Source of the DNA: an uncultured Acidobacteriota bacterium
Lineage (GTDB): Bacteria; Acidobacteriota; Thermoanaerobaculia; Multivoradales; SZUA-115
Direction: 5' to 3'
DNA: 64,000 bases
Assembly: GCA_963805975.1 (NCBI GenBank)
Contig: CAWDVR010000004.1
Coordinates: 320,001 to 384,000, forward strand
Shown: piece after piece, positions 39,130 to 51,843 of the stretch
How positions within the stretch are numbered: the stretch's first letter is position 1
How the letters are laid out: each line of letters starts with the position of its first letter
Notes under the pieces: model-generated
The model's database searches: none
Seen by the model: only the letters and a program-made list of their open reading frames with translations
What the model was told of the DNA's origin: nothing
Program-made: the position numbers and the translations under genes

Positions 39130-41748
39130 ATGCCGCGCATGCTCAGCACTCTGACGGCAGGGCTCGCCCTGCTCGCCGCGGGGGTGATCGCCCGCGCCCA
39201 GGAGGCAACGACGGCCACTGCCGCGCCGTCGCCTCCGCCCGAGGTGACGCTCGAGCTCATCATGTCCGATCCCGACTGGCTTGGGAACCCACCCGAGAGC
39301 CCCTACTTCGCGGACGACGGCCGCTCGATCTTCTACTCGCAGAAGCGGCCCGGCGAAGAGGTGCGGGACCTGGTGCAGATCGACCTCGCGGGCCAGGTGC
39401 TGCGCACCGTGGCCCTTTCCGACTTGGGGGCCGTGGACGCCCCCGGCGGCTCCTTCTCGCTCGACCGGAAGCGCAAGGCCTTCGTGCGCGAGGGCGATCT
39501 CTTCGTCAAGGATCTCGAGAGCGGCGAGCTCCGGCAGCTCACCCGCACCGCCGAGCGCGAGCGCTCCCCGCTGTTTCTCACCGACGGCAGGAGCGTGGCT
39601 TTCCGGCGCGGCGACGCGATCTTCGTGCGCGACCTCGTGACCGGGCTCGAGCGCCAGACGGCCGATCTGAAGCTCGAGGTGGACCCGGAGAAGAAAGAGG
39701 AGAAGTTCGACTACCTGGCCGAGCAGCAGCCGCGGCTCCTCGAGTTCGTGCGCGAGACGAAAGAGAAGGAGGAGGCGCAGCGGGAGCGCGAGCTGGCGCT
39801 CCGCCGCGCGGACCCGACGCGCATCCCGCCGCCGTTCTACCTTGGCGACAAGGTCGAGATCCGCCAGATGTCGCTCTCACCCTCCGGTGAGTGGCTGCTG
39901 CTGGTGCTGGGAAAGAAGGACGAGGACGAGGGCAAGAAGGACCAGATGCCCAACTACGTGACCGCCAGCGGCTACGTGGAGACCAAGGAAGCGCGGAGCA
40001 AGGTGGGCACCGGCGAGGGCGTGAGCGAGAGCCTGCTGCTCGTCGACCTCGTCCGCGGCGAGAGCCATGCGCTCGCTCTCGACGGCCTGCCGGGCATCAC
40101 CGACGATCCGCTGCGCGAGATCCGCGAGAGGACCGAGGCGGCGCGCAAAGCGAAGAAGGAGACGAAGAGGAAGCGCGGGCTGGAGGAAGAAGACCTGCCG
40201 CCCGAGACCACGCCGCCGCCGGTCACGGAGGAAGCGGAGACGGATGCCACCGGCCTCGCCGCCACGGTGGAGCCCGGCCCGGAATCTCCCGACCCTGCCG
40301 CAGACCCTGCCGAGGAGAAGCCGGCGACGCCCAAGGCACGGCCCGTGCGGTTCACCGAACCGGTGTGGAGCGACGACGGCCGGCGCCTGGCGCTCTCCGC
40401 CTTCTCGGTCGACAACAAGGACCGCTGGATCGCCACCGTCGACTTCGAGAAGAAGGCGCTGGTGCCGCGGCACCATCTGCACGACGAGGCCTGGCTCGGC
40501 TGGGACTTCGACGAGCTGGGCTTCCTGCCGGATGGCGGGAAGCTCTGGTATCTGTCCGAGGAGAGCGGCTTCTCGCAGCTCTATCTGTTGGACCTTGGTT
40601 TGGACCTCACGGCAGACGGCGCTGCGTCACCCCGGCAGCTCACCTCGGGCGAGCAACTGGTCTCCGAGGTCCGCGCCTCACGCGACGGAGAGCACCTCTA
40701 CTACCTGGCCAACCCCGCTCATCCAGGCGTCTACGAGGTGTTCCGGGTCGCGGTCGAGAGCGGCGAGGTCGAGCCCCTGACCCGGCTCGGCGGGCTCAAC
40801 ACCTACCAGCTCTCGCTCGACGAGAAGCTGCTCCTGGTGGAGCACTCCGATGCTCTGCAGCCGGTGGAGCTCTATCTCCAGAGGAACGAGCCGGAGGCAT
40901 CCGCCACCCGCCTCACGCAGACGGTGAGCCCCCGGTTCGCGTCCATCGCCTGGACGCCACCGCAGTTCGTGCCCGTGCCCTCCACGCACGCCAGCCGACC
41001 CGTCCACTCGCGGCTCTATCTGCCGGCCGATGGGCCGGAGGGAGCCAGCCCCGCCTCGCGTCCGGCGGTGGTTTTCATCCACGGCGCCGGCTACCTCCAG
41101 AACGCGCACCAGGGCTGGTCCACCTACTTCCGCGAGTTCATGTTCCACACCTTCCTCACCCGCCACGGCTACGTGGTGCTGGACATGGACTACCGCGCCT
41201 CGTCCGGCTACGGCCGCGACTGGCGGACCGCGATCTACCGCCAGATGGGCACCCCCGAGGTGGAAGACCTGGAGGACGGCGTCGCCTACCTGGTCGCCGA
41301 GCACGGCGTGGACCCGGCGCGGATCGGCACCTACGGCGGCTCGTACGGCGGGTTCCTCACCCTGATGGCGCTGTTCAAGAAGCCCGACCTCTTCGCCGCC
41401 GGCGCTGCGCTGCGGCCGGTGACGGACTGGGCGCACTACAACCACCCCTACACCTCGTCGATCTTGAACACTCCCACCCTCGACCCCGAGGCCTACGAAC
41501 GCAGCTCACCCATCGAGTTCGCCGACGGCCTCGCCAAGCCGCTCCTGATCTGCGCCCCGATGCAGGACGACAACGTCTTCTTCCAGGACACCGTGCGCCT
41601 GGCGCAGCGGCTGATCGAGCTCGAGAAGGAGAACTGGGAGGTGGCGATCTTCCCGGTCGAGCCCCACGGCTTCCGCGAGCCCTCGTCCTGGCTCAACGAG
41701 TACCGGCGGATCTTCAAGCTGTTCGAGGAGAACGTCGGGCGCCGCTAG
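39130..41748 (+). CDS. S9 family (DPP IV-like) peptidase
   Basis: FIHGAGYLQN, DYRASSGYG, GGSYGG, DDNV, EPHGF. Confidence 0.93.
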   Translation: MPRMLSTLTAGLALLAAGVIARAQEATTATAAPSPPPEVTLELIMSDPDWLGNPPESPYFADDGRSIFYSQKRPGEEVRDLVQIDLAGQVLRTVALSDLGAVDAPGGSFSLDRKRKAFVREGDLFVKDLESGELRQLTRTAERERSPLFLTDGRSVAFRRGDAIFVRDLVTGLERQTADLKLEVDPEKKEEKFDYLAEQQPRLLEFVRETKEKEEAQRERELALRRADPTRIPPPFYLGDKVEIRQMSLSPSGEWLLLVLGKKDEDEGKKDQMPNYVTASGYVETKEARSKVGTGEGVSESLLLVDLVRGESHALALDGLPGITDDPLREIRERTEAARKAKKETKRKRGLEEEDLPPETTPPPVTEEAETDATGLAATVEPGPESPDPAADPAEEKPATPKARPVRFTEPVWSDDGRRLALSAFSVDNKDRWIATVDFEKKALVPRHHLHDEAWLGWDFDELGFLPDGGKLWYLSEESGFSQLYLLDLGLDLTADGAASPRQLTSGEQLVSEVRASRDGEHLYYLANPAHPGVYEVFRVAVESGEVEPLTRLGGLNTYQLSLDEKLLLVEHSDALQPVELYLQRNEPEASATRLTQTVSPRFASIAWTPPQFVPVPSTHASRPVHSRLYLPADGPEGASPASRPAVVFIHGAGYLQNAHQGWSTYFREFMFHTFLTRHGYVVLDMDYRASSGYGRDWRTAIYRQMGTPEVEDLEDGVAYLVAEHGVDPARIGTYGGSYGGFLTLMALFKKPDLFAAGAALRPVTDWAHYNHPYTSSILNTPTLDPEAYERSSPIEFADGLAKPLLICAPMQDDNVFFQDTVRLAQRLIELEKENWEVAIFPVEPHGFREPSSWLNEYRRIFKLFEENVGRR

Positions 41749-41879
41749 GGAGACCTGCCTCGAGGGCGATCTGCTCCGTCGCGGGTCCTTCCGGAAACCG
41801 GATGGTTCCAGAGTAGACTCGGTGATCGAGCCGCTCCGTCATCGAAACACCGCCGCCCAGCGGTTCGAGGAGGCTTGCC

Positions 41880-42620
41880 TTGGCCCAGAAGCCGCCTGCT
41901 CCACTCCGTCCTCCCGCTTTCCCGGCTCGTGCTCTGGCCGCTCATGTGCAGAGAGCCGTCCTGCGAGCGGTCCAAGCCAAGCTGCCGGAGCGGCCGGCAT
42001 CGACCGCCGGCACGACAGCCCAGCCGAACGCTCACTCCTCAGTGCCGGCCGCACGACCCTTGGCGCCCCACGTGCGGGCCGCGGTGGTGCGGGCGGCACA
42101 AACCAAGCCCCTGAGCCGCGCGGCTCTCCAACCCAGTGCCGTCGGCCGGCTGGGCGATCCCAGCAGGGCCCTGGGTACGCGATCCACGCTGCGACCGATC
42201 TCGGCCAAGGCCGTGATCCAGCGCGCCGCAATATCGGATGACGAGGATGACGAGATCGCGGCCATCTTTGCGGGCAATGTCCAGCATCGAGCTCCGGAGG
42301 AGCTCAAGAAGCTCCTCGGGGGTAGCTTTCCCACTATCATGGTCGCAGACAACTACTTGACGCGATGCTCGGCCGCCGAGATCGACGCTCTCTACGGCTT
42401 CGCAGTCACGCTCTCGAGCGGCCGGGCGCCGCGCGGATCCATCTTCGAGGATTTCAAGGCCAAGTTCACGTCAGCTCCTAGCAAGTACATCGCCGAACTC
42501 ATGTTCGTGAACACTCCTGCCTGGGACTTCGGCGAGGTGTCGGCGAGCGGCCAACAGATCCTCACCTACAGCAAGACGACGTGGGACACGAAGGGAACGA
42601 CCCTGGACGCGAAGGACTAG
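41880..42620 (+). CDS. Hypothetical protein: repetitive leader ending in VIQR plus unknown ~131-aa C-terminal domain (candidate effector)
   Basis: GAGGAGG RBS before TTG 41880; RALAAHVQRAV and RPLAPHVRAAV repeats; VIQR at 42213-42224. Confidence 0.7.
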   Translation: MAQKPPAPLRPPAFPARALAAHVQRAVLRAVQAKLPERPASTAGTTAQPNAHSSVPAARPLAPHVRAAVVRAAQTKPLSRAALQPSAVGRLGDPSRALGTRSTLRPISAKAVIQRAAISDDEDDEIAAIFAGNVQHRAPEELKKLLGGSFPTIMVADNYLTRCSAAEIDALYGFAVTLSSGRAPRGSIFEDFKAKFTSAPSKYIAELMFVNTPAWDFGEVSASGQQILTYSKTTWDTKGTTLDAKD

Positions 42621-42645
42621 CTCTGCTGCGGAGATGGCGAAGCGG

Positions 42646-43392
42646 CTAGCCAACCCTCCCTACTCTCAGCACCAGCGGCCAGCGGATCGCCCGCACCGAC
42701 TCCGCCTTACCCCACTCTGCCTCCAGCTCGGAGCGGATGAGATCCAGCGGGTCCTCGCCGCGCTCCTTTTGGTAGCGCCGTGCCGCCGACCAGGTATCGA
42801 GGTAGCCGGTGAGGTCGGCGAGGGTCCACTCGACGCGCATCTCGAAGGGAGGGTTGGAAAGCTCCTCGAACGGGAAGGGCAGCGTCTCGTAGAGCTCGTC
42901 CACCCACTTGCGCTCGGGCGGCCAGTAGGGCCCGACGATCTCCTCGTGGTAGAGCCGGATCACGGCATCGATCCCGGGCGCCACCCTCAGCAGGTCGTAG
43001 ACCCACACCGCGAGCGACCCGCCCGGTGCCGCCACCCGGCGAACCTCGGCGTAGAAGGCGTCGAAGTCGAACCAGTGGAGGGCCTGCGCCACGGTGACGA
43101 GGTCGACCGTCCCGCTCTCGAGGCCGGAGCGCTCGGCTGGCGCCGTCCTGTAGCTGATGCCGGGATGGGCCTCGGCCTGGGCGATCTGGCGGGCGCTGGC
43201 GTCGGTGGCGATCACGCTCTCGAAGTGCTGGGCGAGCCCCAGGGCCGCCTGGCCGTTGCCGGTGGCGCAGTCCCAGGCGAGGCGCCGGCCGGGGACGATG
43301 GCGGCGAGGTAGGCGAAGAGCTCCACCGGGTAGCGCGGCCGGTGCAGCGCGTAGGCACCGGCGTGGCCGGAGAAGTGGTCCTTGAAGTTCAT
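42646..43392 (-). CDS. Class I SAM-dependent methyltransferase
   Basis: FKDHFS, RPRYP, AWDCATGNGQ, AQALHWF. Confidence 0.92.
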   Translation of the reverse strand: MNFKDHFSGHAGAYALHRPRYPVELFAYLAAIVPGRRLAWDCATGNGQAALGLAQHFESVIATDASARQIAQAEAHPGISYRTAPAERSGLESGTVDLVTVAQALHWFDFDAFYAEVRRVAAPGGSLAVWVYDLLRVAPGIDAVIRLYHEEIVGPYWPPERKWVDELYETLPFPFEELSNPPFEMRVEWTLADLTGYLDTWSAARRYQKERGEDPLDLIRSELEAEWGKAESVRAIRWPLVLRVGRVG

Positions 43393-43481
43393 GCCTCAAG
43401 CTTACGCCCGGAACGAAACCGCCCATGGCCCGGGAGCGTAGGATGGGTAGCAGGCTGGGGCGGTAGCCCCCGGAGGTGGTG

Positions 43482-44483
43482 ATGGCGGAGGAAGCGAGCT
43501 CTTCCAAGGGTTGTGCCAAGAAGGGATGCATCGGCTGCGGGGCGGTCTTCGCCGTGCTGGCGGTGATCCCCCTGGTTCTGCTGCTGGTGGGTCTGTTCAA
43601 CCGGTCCGGCGAGGCGAGGCCGGAGACCAAGGAGCTGACCAGGCCGCTGCCCGCCCTGCCGAGTGCCTCTCCCCCCGCATCGCCCGGCTCTCCCGGGTCC
43701 GACACGCCCGTCGCTCCTCTGCCCGGCGCTCTCGAGTCCAGCGAGCTCGGCACCAGCCTGGGGGCCGGCGAGCCGGTCCGCCTGGTGCTCAGTCTCTCCA
43801 AAGGCTTCTTCGTCGTCGAGCCGGGGCCGGCCGGCGAGCCGCTCCGCGTCCAGGCCGACTACGATGCCGCGCGCTATGAGCTCGAAGAGCACTACGACGA
43901 AGCTGACCGCCGCTACGAGATCCGTTTCGACGCGCGTCACGGCTGGGTGAGCCTGATCGGCTCTTCCGACAACAGCAACCGGGTACGGGTGACCGTGCCG
44001 CGCGGCTACCCGCTGTCGATCGAGGGCAAGATCGCGATGGGTGAGTCCCACGTCGAGCTGGGGGGGCTGAGCCTCGGCGAGGTCAATCTCACGCTCGGCA
44101 TGGGAGACCACAGCCTCTCCTTCAGCGAACCGACCGCGGCGCCTCTGGAGCGCCTGGAGATCGACGGCTCGATGGGCGAGCTGGATCTCGACGACATCGG
44201 TAACGCCAGCCCGCGGCTCGTGCGCTTCGCCCACTCGATGGGCGACCTCAGCGCCGACCTCGCCGGCGCCTGGCTGCGTGACGCCGAGATCGACGTCCGG
44301 TGCGGCATGGGCCAGTGCACGCTGCACACTCCGGACAACGTGGCGGTGCGCATCGAGCGGGCGTCGGTCGGCTTGGGCGAGAGCACCACCCGCGGTGCCG
44401 ACCGCGAGCGCGAGCTTCCGGCCGGCGCCCCCACGCTCACCATTCGGGCGACCGGCACGATGGGCCAGCTCGTCATCGACTGA
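43482..44483 (+). CDS. Membrane-anchored beta-strand-repeat protein (DUF2154/DUF4097-like)
   Basis: GCxxGC plus TM, Pro-rich linker, repeated xxMGE/MGD/MGQ strands. Confidence 0.65.
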   Translation: MAEEASSSKGCAKKGCIGCGAVFAVLAVIPLVLLLVGLFNRSGEARPETKELTRPLPALPSASPPASPGSPGSDTPVAPLPGALESSELGTSLGAGEPVRLVLSLSKGFFVVEPGPAGEPLRVQADYDAARYELEEHYDEADRRYEIRFDARHGWVSLIGSSDNSNRVRVTVPRGYPLSIEGKIAMGESHVELGGLSLGEVNLTLGMGDHSLSFSEPTAAPLERLEIDGSMGELDLDDIGNASPRLVRFAHSMGDLSADLAGAWLRDAEIDVRCGMGQCTLHTPDNVAVRIERASVGLGESTTRGADRERELPAGAPTLTIRATGTMGQLVID

Positions 44484-44507
44484 GAAGCCGGCTCGCGCCG
44501 GTTTCTC
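44482..44507. terminator. Hairpin between convergent genes
   Basis: gagaagccggc-tcgc-gccggtttctc. Confidence 0.65.
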
Positions 44508-44509
44508 GG

Positions 44510-44803
44510 TCACTCCACCTGGAGCTCGACGCCGCCCACCAAGCCGGCCGCGAGGTTGTAGAGCGCGCTCCCCAGCAGGCCGGCGATCAAACCGATCGTG
44601 CCGTAGAAGAGCGGCATCACGATGATCGCACCTATGCCGAAGATCAGTCCCAGGACGGCGTTCTCCTCGCCGGCCGCCATGCCGATCGCCGAGCCGAGCA
44701 GCGTGAACAGGGTGAAGACCCCGCCAATGAGCAGGCCCAGCCCGGCGTAGATCACGGCCAGCAGCTTTCCACACGACAACACGCCAATCCGCTTCAGGGT
44801 CAT
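44510..44803 (-). CDS. Small membrane protein (DUF3566-like)
   Basis: MTLKRIGVLSCGKL..LYNLAAGLVGGVEL. Confidence 0.75.
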   Translation of the reverse strand: MTLKRIGVLSCGKLLAVIYAGLGLLIGGVFTLFTLLGSAIGMAAGEENAVLGLIFGIGAIIVMPLFYGTIGLIAGLLGSALYNLAAGLVGGVELQVE

Positions 44804-44999
44804 GGCAAGGCTCCTTTCCAGACGCGCTCTCCGGGCGCACCTCGGGGAGACGAGCGTCCGGCCGATTCGAGTTGTCCCGAAGATCTCGGGTGAGGGTACT
44901 ACGACCCGAGAGGAGTGAGCATTCCCGCCGGCCGCAGCCTGGCTCGACAGCCGCTGAGAGCCTCTGCTAGGGTCGGCGCCTTACAGAAAAGGAGCTTTC

Positions 45000-45731
45000 A
45001 TGCGGTCCCCACGTCTTTTCTCGGCCTTGTTCCTCTTCCTGGCGCTCTCGGCCTGCGCCAACAAGGCCTCTTCTCAAGCCCCCGTGGTTCTCGAGACCGA
45101 GGACCAGAAGACCCTCTACGCCCTCGGGCTGGCGCTCGCTCAGAACGCTCTCGGCCAGTTCGATCTCACCGAGGCCGAGCTGGCGACGGTGCAGGCGGGC
45201 CTGGCCGACGGCGTCCTCAAGCGCACGGCCAAGGTGGACCTCCAGACCTACGGCCCCAAGCTCGGCCCCCTGGCCCAGGCGCGGGCCACCGCTCTCGCCG
45301 AGAAGGAGAAGGCCGCCTCGACCGAGTTCCTGACCCAGGAGGCGGGCAAGTCCGGCGCCGTGAAGGCCGATTCCGGCCTGATCTACACCGAGATCACCGC
45401 CGGTACCGGCGAGAACCCGAAGCCGACCGACAATGTGACCGTCCACTACAAGGGCACGCTGCGCGACGGCACGGTGTTCGACAGCTCGATCGACCGCGGC
45501 CAGCCGGCCACCTTCCGGCTCGACCAGGTGATCGCCTGCTGGACCGAGGGCGTGCAGAAGATCAAGGTCGGCGGCAAGGCGCGGCTCGTCTGCCCGGCCG
45601 CCATCGCCTACGGCGACCGTGGCCGTCCGCCCCAGATCCCCGGCGGCGCCACCCTGATCTTCGAGGTGGAGTTGCTCAAGGCAGAGGCCACCCCGGCACC
45701 GGCCGCACCCCCCACGCCTCCGCAGCAGTAG
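45000..45731 (+). CDS. fkpA: FKBP-type peptidyl-prolyl isomerase (lipoprotein)
   Basis: LSAC, YALG, SGLIY, VHYKGTLRDGTVFDSS, AYGDRG, IPGGATLIFEVEL. Confidence 0.93.
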   Translation: MRSPRLFSALFLFLALSACANKASSQAPVVLETEDQKTLYALGLALAQNALGQFDLTEAELATVQAGLADGVLKRTAKVDLQTYGPKLGPLAQARATALAEKEKAASTEFLTQEAGKSGAVKADSGLIYTEITAGTGENPKPTDNVTVHYKGTLRDGTVFDSSIDRGQPATFRLDQVIACWTEGVQKIKVGGKARLVCPAAIAYGDRGRPPQIPGGATLIFEVELLKAEATPAPAAPPTPPQQ

Positions 45732-45748
45732 CTCTCCCGCTGTCTTCT

Positions 45749-45776
45749 CATTGGCCCGGCGCAAGCCGGGCCAATG
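45749..45776. terminator. Hairpin between convergent fkpA and sufU
   Basis: cattggcccggc-GCAA-gccgggccaatg, perfect 12-bp stem. Confidence 0.7.
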
Positions 45777-45820
45777 CGTCTTCGCCGCGGTCGCGTGGCC
45801 TACCGACGAACTGCTCGACC

Positions 45821-46276
45821 CTACTCCGTGCTCACCGGCTTCGGCACGTTCTGGAGCGCGGCCTGGAGGGTGTGCCAGGCGAGGGTGGCGCATTTGACGC
45901 GCACCGGGTACTCGCGGACGCCGGAGAAGGCGGCGAGCTTGCCCAGGGACGGAGGCGGCTCGGCGACGAGGGAGGGGTCGCCGGTCAGAAGCTGGTGGAA
46001 CTCGTGGAACAGCGCATCGACCTCGGGCAGGGTCTTGCCCTTGATCGCCTCGGTCATCAGCGAGGCCGAGGCCGTGGAGATGGCGCAGCCGGCGCCCTGG
46101 AAGGAAAGGTCCTTCACCCGGCCCTCCTCGACCTCGAGGAAGACGGTGACCTTGTCGCCGCAGAGTGGGTTGTCGCCCCGTGCGCTACGGTTGGCCGACG
46201 CGAGCGGCCCGAAGTTCCGGGGCCGCCGGTTGTGGTCGAGGATGATGTCCTGGTAGAGCGCGGTGAGATCGTTCAT
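45821..46276 (-). CDS. sufU: SUF system NifU-family protein
   Basis: LYQDIILDH, NPLCGD, GCAISTAS, RVKCATLAWH. Confidence 0.95.
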   Translation of the reverse strand: MNDLTALYQDIILDHNRRPRNFGPLASANRSARGDNPLCGDKVTVFLEVEEGRVKDLSFQGAGCAISTASASLMTEAIKGKTLPEVDALFHEFHQLLTGDPSLVAEPPPSLGKLAAFSGVREYPVRVKCATLAWHTLQAALQNVPKPVSTE

Positions 46277-47550
46277 CGGCCGAACATCTCCCGCACCCGA
46301 GCGAGCCCTGCCGCCAGCGCGTCCACCTCGGCGAGGGTGTTGTAGAAGGCGAAAGAGGCCCGCACCGTGGCCGGCACGCCGAGGCGCTCCATGAGCGGCT
46401 GGGCGCAGTGGTGTCCGGCGCGCACGGCGACGCCCTCGTGGTCGAGGATGGTGCCGATATCGTGGGGATGGACGCCGTCCATCACGAAGGACACGACGCT
46501 CGCCTTGTCCGCCGCGGTGCCGAGGATCGTCAGGCCGGGTATCTCCTGCAGCCGCTCGGTGGCCCGCGCGAGGAGCGCGCTCTCGTGCGCCGCCGCCGCG
46601 TCCCTGCCCACGCCGTCGAAGTAGGCGAGCGCCGCGCCCAGGCCGATGGCGCCGGCGATGTCCGGCGTGCCGGCCTCGAAGCGGGCCGGCGGGTCGGCGT
46701 AGGTGGTGCCGTTGAAGCTCACGGTGCGGATCATGCTGCCGCCGCCCTGGTAGGGCGGCATGGCGGCGAGCAGCTCGCGCCGGCCGTAGAGCGCGCCGAT
46801 GCCGGTGGGGCCGAACACCTTGTGGCCGGAGAAGCAGTAGAAATCGCAGCCCAGGGCTTGGACGTCGACGGGGAGGTGCGGCACACCCTGCGCGCCGTCG
46901 ACCGCGACCGGCACGCCGAGCGAGTGGGCGAGGGCGGTCATCTCCGCCACCGGGTTCACCGTGCCGAGAGCGTTCGAGACGTGGGCGAACGCGGCCAGCG
47001 CCACGCCGTCCGCGAGCAGCCGTGCATATTCCTCGAGCACCACCTGCCCGCGGTCGTCGATCGGCGCCACCAGGAGGCGCCCGCCCACCTCTTCGAGCAG
47101 GAGCTGCCAGGGCACGATGTTCGAGTGGTGCTCGAGAGCGGTGACCAGGATCGCGTCGCCGTGGCTGCCGGAGCGCAGCCGCTCCTTGGCAAAGGTCTGT
47201 GCCACCAAGTTCACGGCCTCGGTGGTGCCGCGCACGAAGACGATCTCCTCGTCCGCGGCGGCATTGAGGAATCGCCGTACCGTGCCTCGCGACGCTTCGT
47301 ACGAGGCAGAGGCTTTGGCGGCCAGCCGGTAGACGCCGCGGTGGACGTTCGAGCACTCCTCGAGATAGTGATGCTCGAGGGCATCGAGCACCGCGCGCGG
47401 TTTCTGGGTGGTGGCGGTGTTGTCCAGGTAGACGAGCGGCCGGCCACCGGGAGACTGCGCGAGCGCCGGGAAGTCGAGGCGCACGCGCTCGACGTCGAAC
47501 GGCTCGACCCGCGGCTCGGCTACGTCCAGGACAGGCGTCACGGCGGTCAT
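46273..47550 (-). CDS. sufS: Cysteine desulfurase
   Basis: YLDNTATTQKP, EHHSNIVPW, FSGHK, RAGHHCA. Confidence 0.95.
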   Translation of the reverse strand: MTAVTPVLDVAEPRVEPFDVERVRLDFPALAQSPGGRPLVYLDNTATTQKPRAVLDALEHHYLEECSNVHRGVYRLAAKASASYEASRGTVRRFLNAAADEEIVFVRGTTEAVNLVAQTFAKERLRSGSHGDAILVTALEHHSNIVPWQLLLEEVGGRLLVAPIDDRGQVVLEEYARLLADGVALAAFAHVSNALGTVNPVAEMTALAHSLGVPVAVDGAQGVPHLPVDVQALGCDFYCFSGHKVFGPTGIGALYGRRELLAAMPPYQGGGSMIRTVSFNGTTYADPPARFEAGTPDIAGAIGLGAALAYFDGVGRDAAAAHESALLARATERLQEIPGLTILGTAADKASVVSFVMDGVHPHDIGTILDHEGVAVRAGHHCAQPLMERLGVPATVRASFAFYNTLAEVDALAAGLARVREMFGR

Positions 47551-47561
47551 GGCACCGCTCC

Positions 47562-49660
<2,099 letters not shown>

Positions 49661-49708
49661 CACTCTCTATCTCTCAGAAAATAGTAGGTCGCGTAGTGTT
49701 CCCCCCAT

Positions 49709-49772
49709 CCAGATCCTTCGCTGCGCTCAGGATGACAAGGACATGTCATCCTGAGCGCAGCGAAGGATCTGG
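49709..49772. repeat. Perfect 29-bp inverted repeat (REP-type doublet) inside the suf operon
   Basis: ccagatccttcgctgcgctcaggatgaca-aggaca-tgtcatcctgagcgcagcgaaggatctgg. Confidence 0.85.
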
Positions 49773-49791
49773 GCGGAGGTTCGGGCACGTT

Positions 49792-51246
<1,455 letters not shown>

Positions 51247-51305
51247 GGTGTCTTACCTCGATTCGATAGGCTGGCGAAGTCTCGCGCCCGGTGGCGCCGG
51301 GTCGG

Positions 51306-51758
51306 TCAGCTCGCGGCGCGGTGGCTGCCCAGGGTGACGAGCTGCGCCGGGCCGGCGGAGAACCCCATCTCGGCGAGAGTGATCCCCGCGAGAGCCTCCG
51401 AGATGGCGCGGTTGATGCGCCGCCAGTTGCTCGACACCGGGCAGAACGGCTCGGTGCTGCACAGGCCCGGCGCCAGGTCGCTGCACTCGGTGAGGGCGAT
51501 CGGCCCCTCCAGCGCTTCGAGGATCTCGGCCACCGAGATCTCCTCGGCCGGCCGTGCCAGGCCGTAGCCACCGTGCACGCCGCGGTGCGACTCCAGGAGC
51601 CGGGCGCGAGTCAGCCGCTTCAGGATCTTGCTCACCATGGGCAGCGGCAGCCGCGCCTCGGCCGCCAGCTCCGGGGCGGCGAAGGGCCGTTCCGGGTGGG
51701 CGGCAAGCTGGCTCATGAGCACGATGCCGTAGTCTGTGAGCTTGGTGATGCGGATCAT
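51306..51758 (-). CDS. Rrf2-family SUF regulator with three Cys
   Basis: IRITKLTDYG, SHRGVHGGY, EGPIALTEC..C..C. Confidence 0.92.
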   Translation of the reverse strand: MIRITKLTDYGIVLMSQLAAHPERPFAAPELAAEARLPLPMVSKILKRLTRARLLESHRGVHGGYGLARPAEEISVAEILEALEGPIALTECSDLAPGLCSTEPFCPVSSNWRRINRAISEALAGITLAEMGFSAGPAQLVTLGSHRAAS

Positions 51759-51780
51759 CAATCGCCTCTTCGGACCGCAA

Positions 51781-51810
51781 ATCGTACCAGCTTGGTACGG
51801 ATTGGGTCAA
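51781..51810 (-). promoter_or_regulatory. suf promoter (TTGACC-18-TACGAT) containing a palindromic Rrf2 operator candidate
   Basis: cgtacca-gct-tggtacg (51783-51799) overlapping the -10 and spacer. Confidence 0.7.
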
Positions 51811-51815
51811 ACGTA

Positions 51816-51843
51816 AGAGGGGAGGGGGGCTAGGGTGAGGGGC
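51816..51843. repeat. Degenerate single REP unit of the 8177/17367 family
   Basis: gaggggaggggggctagggtgagggg; supplies the AI-2E gene's last codons and stop. Confidence 0.5.
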
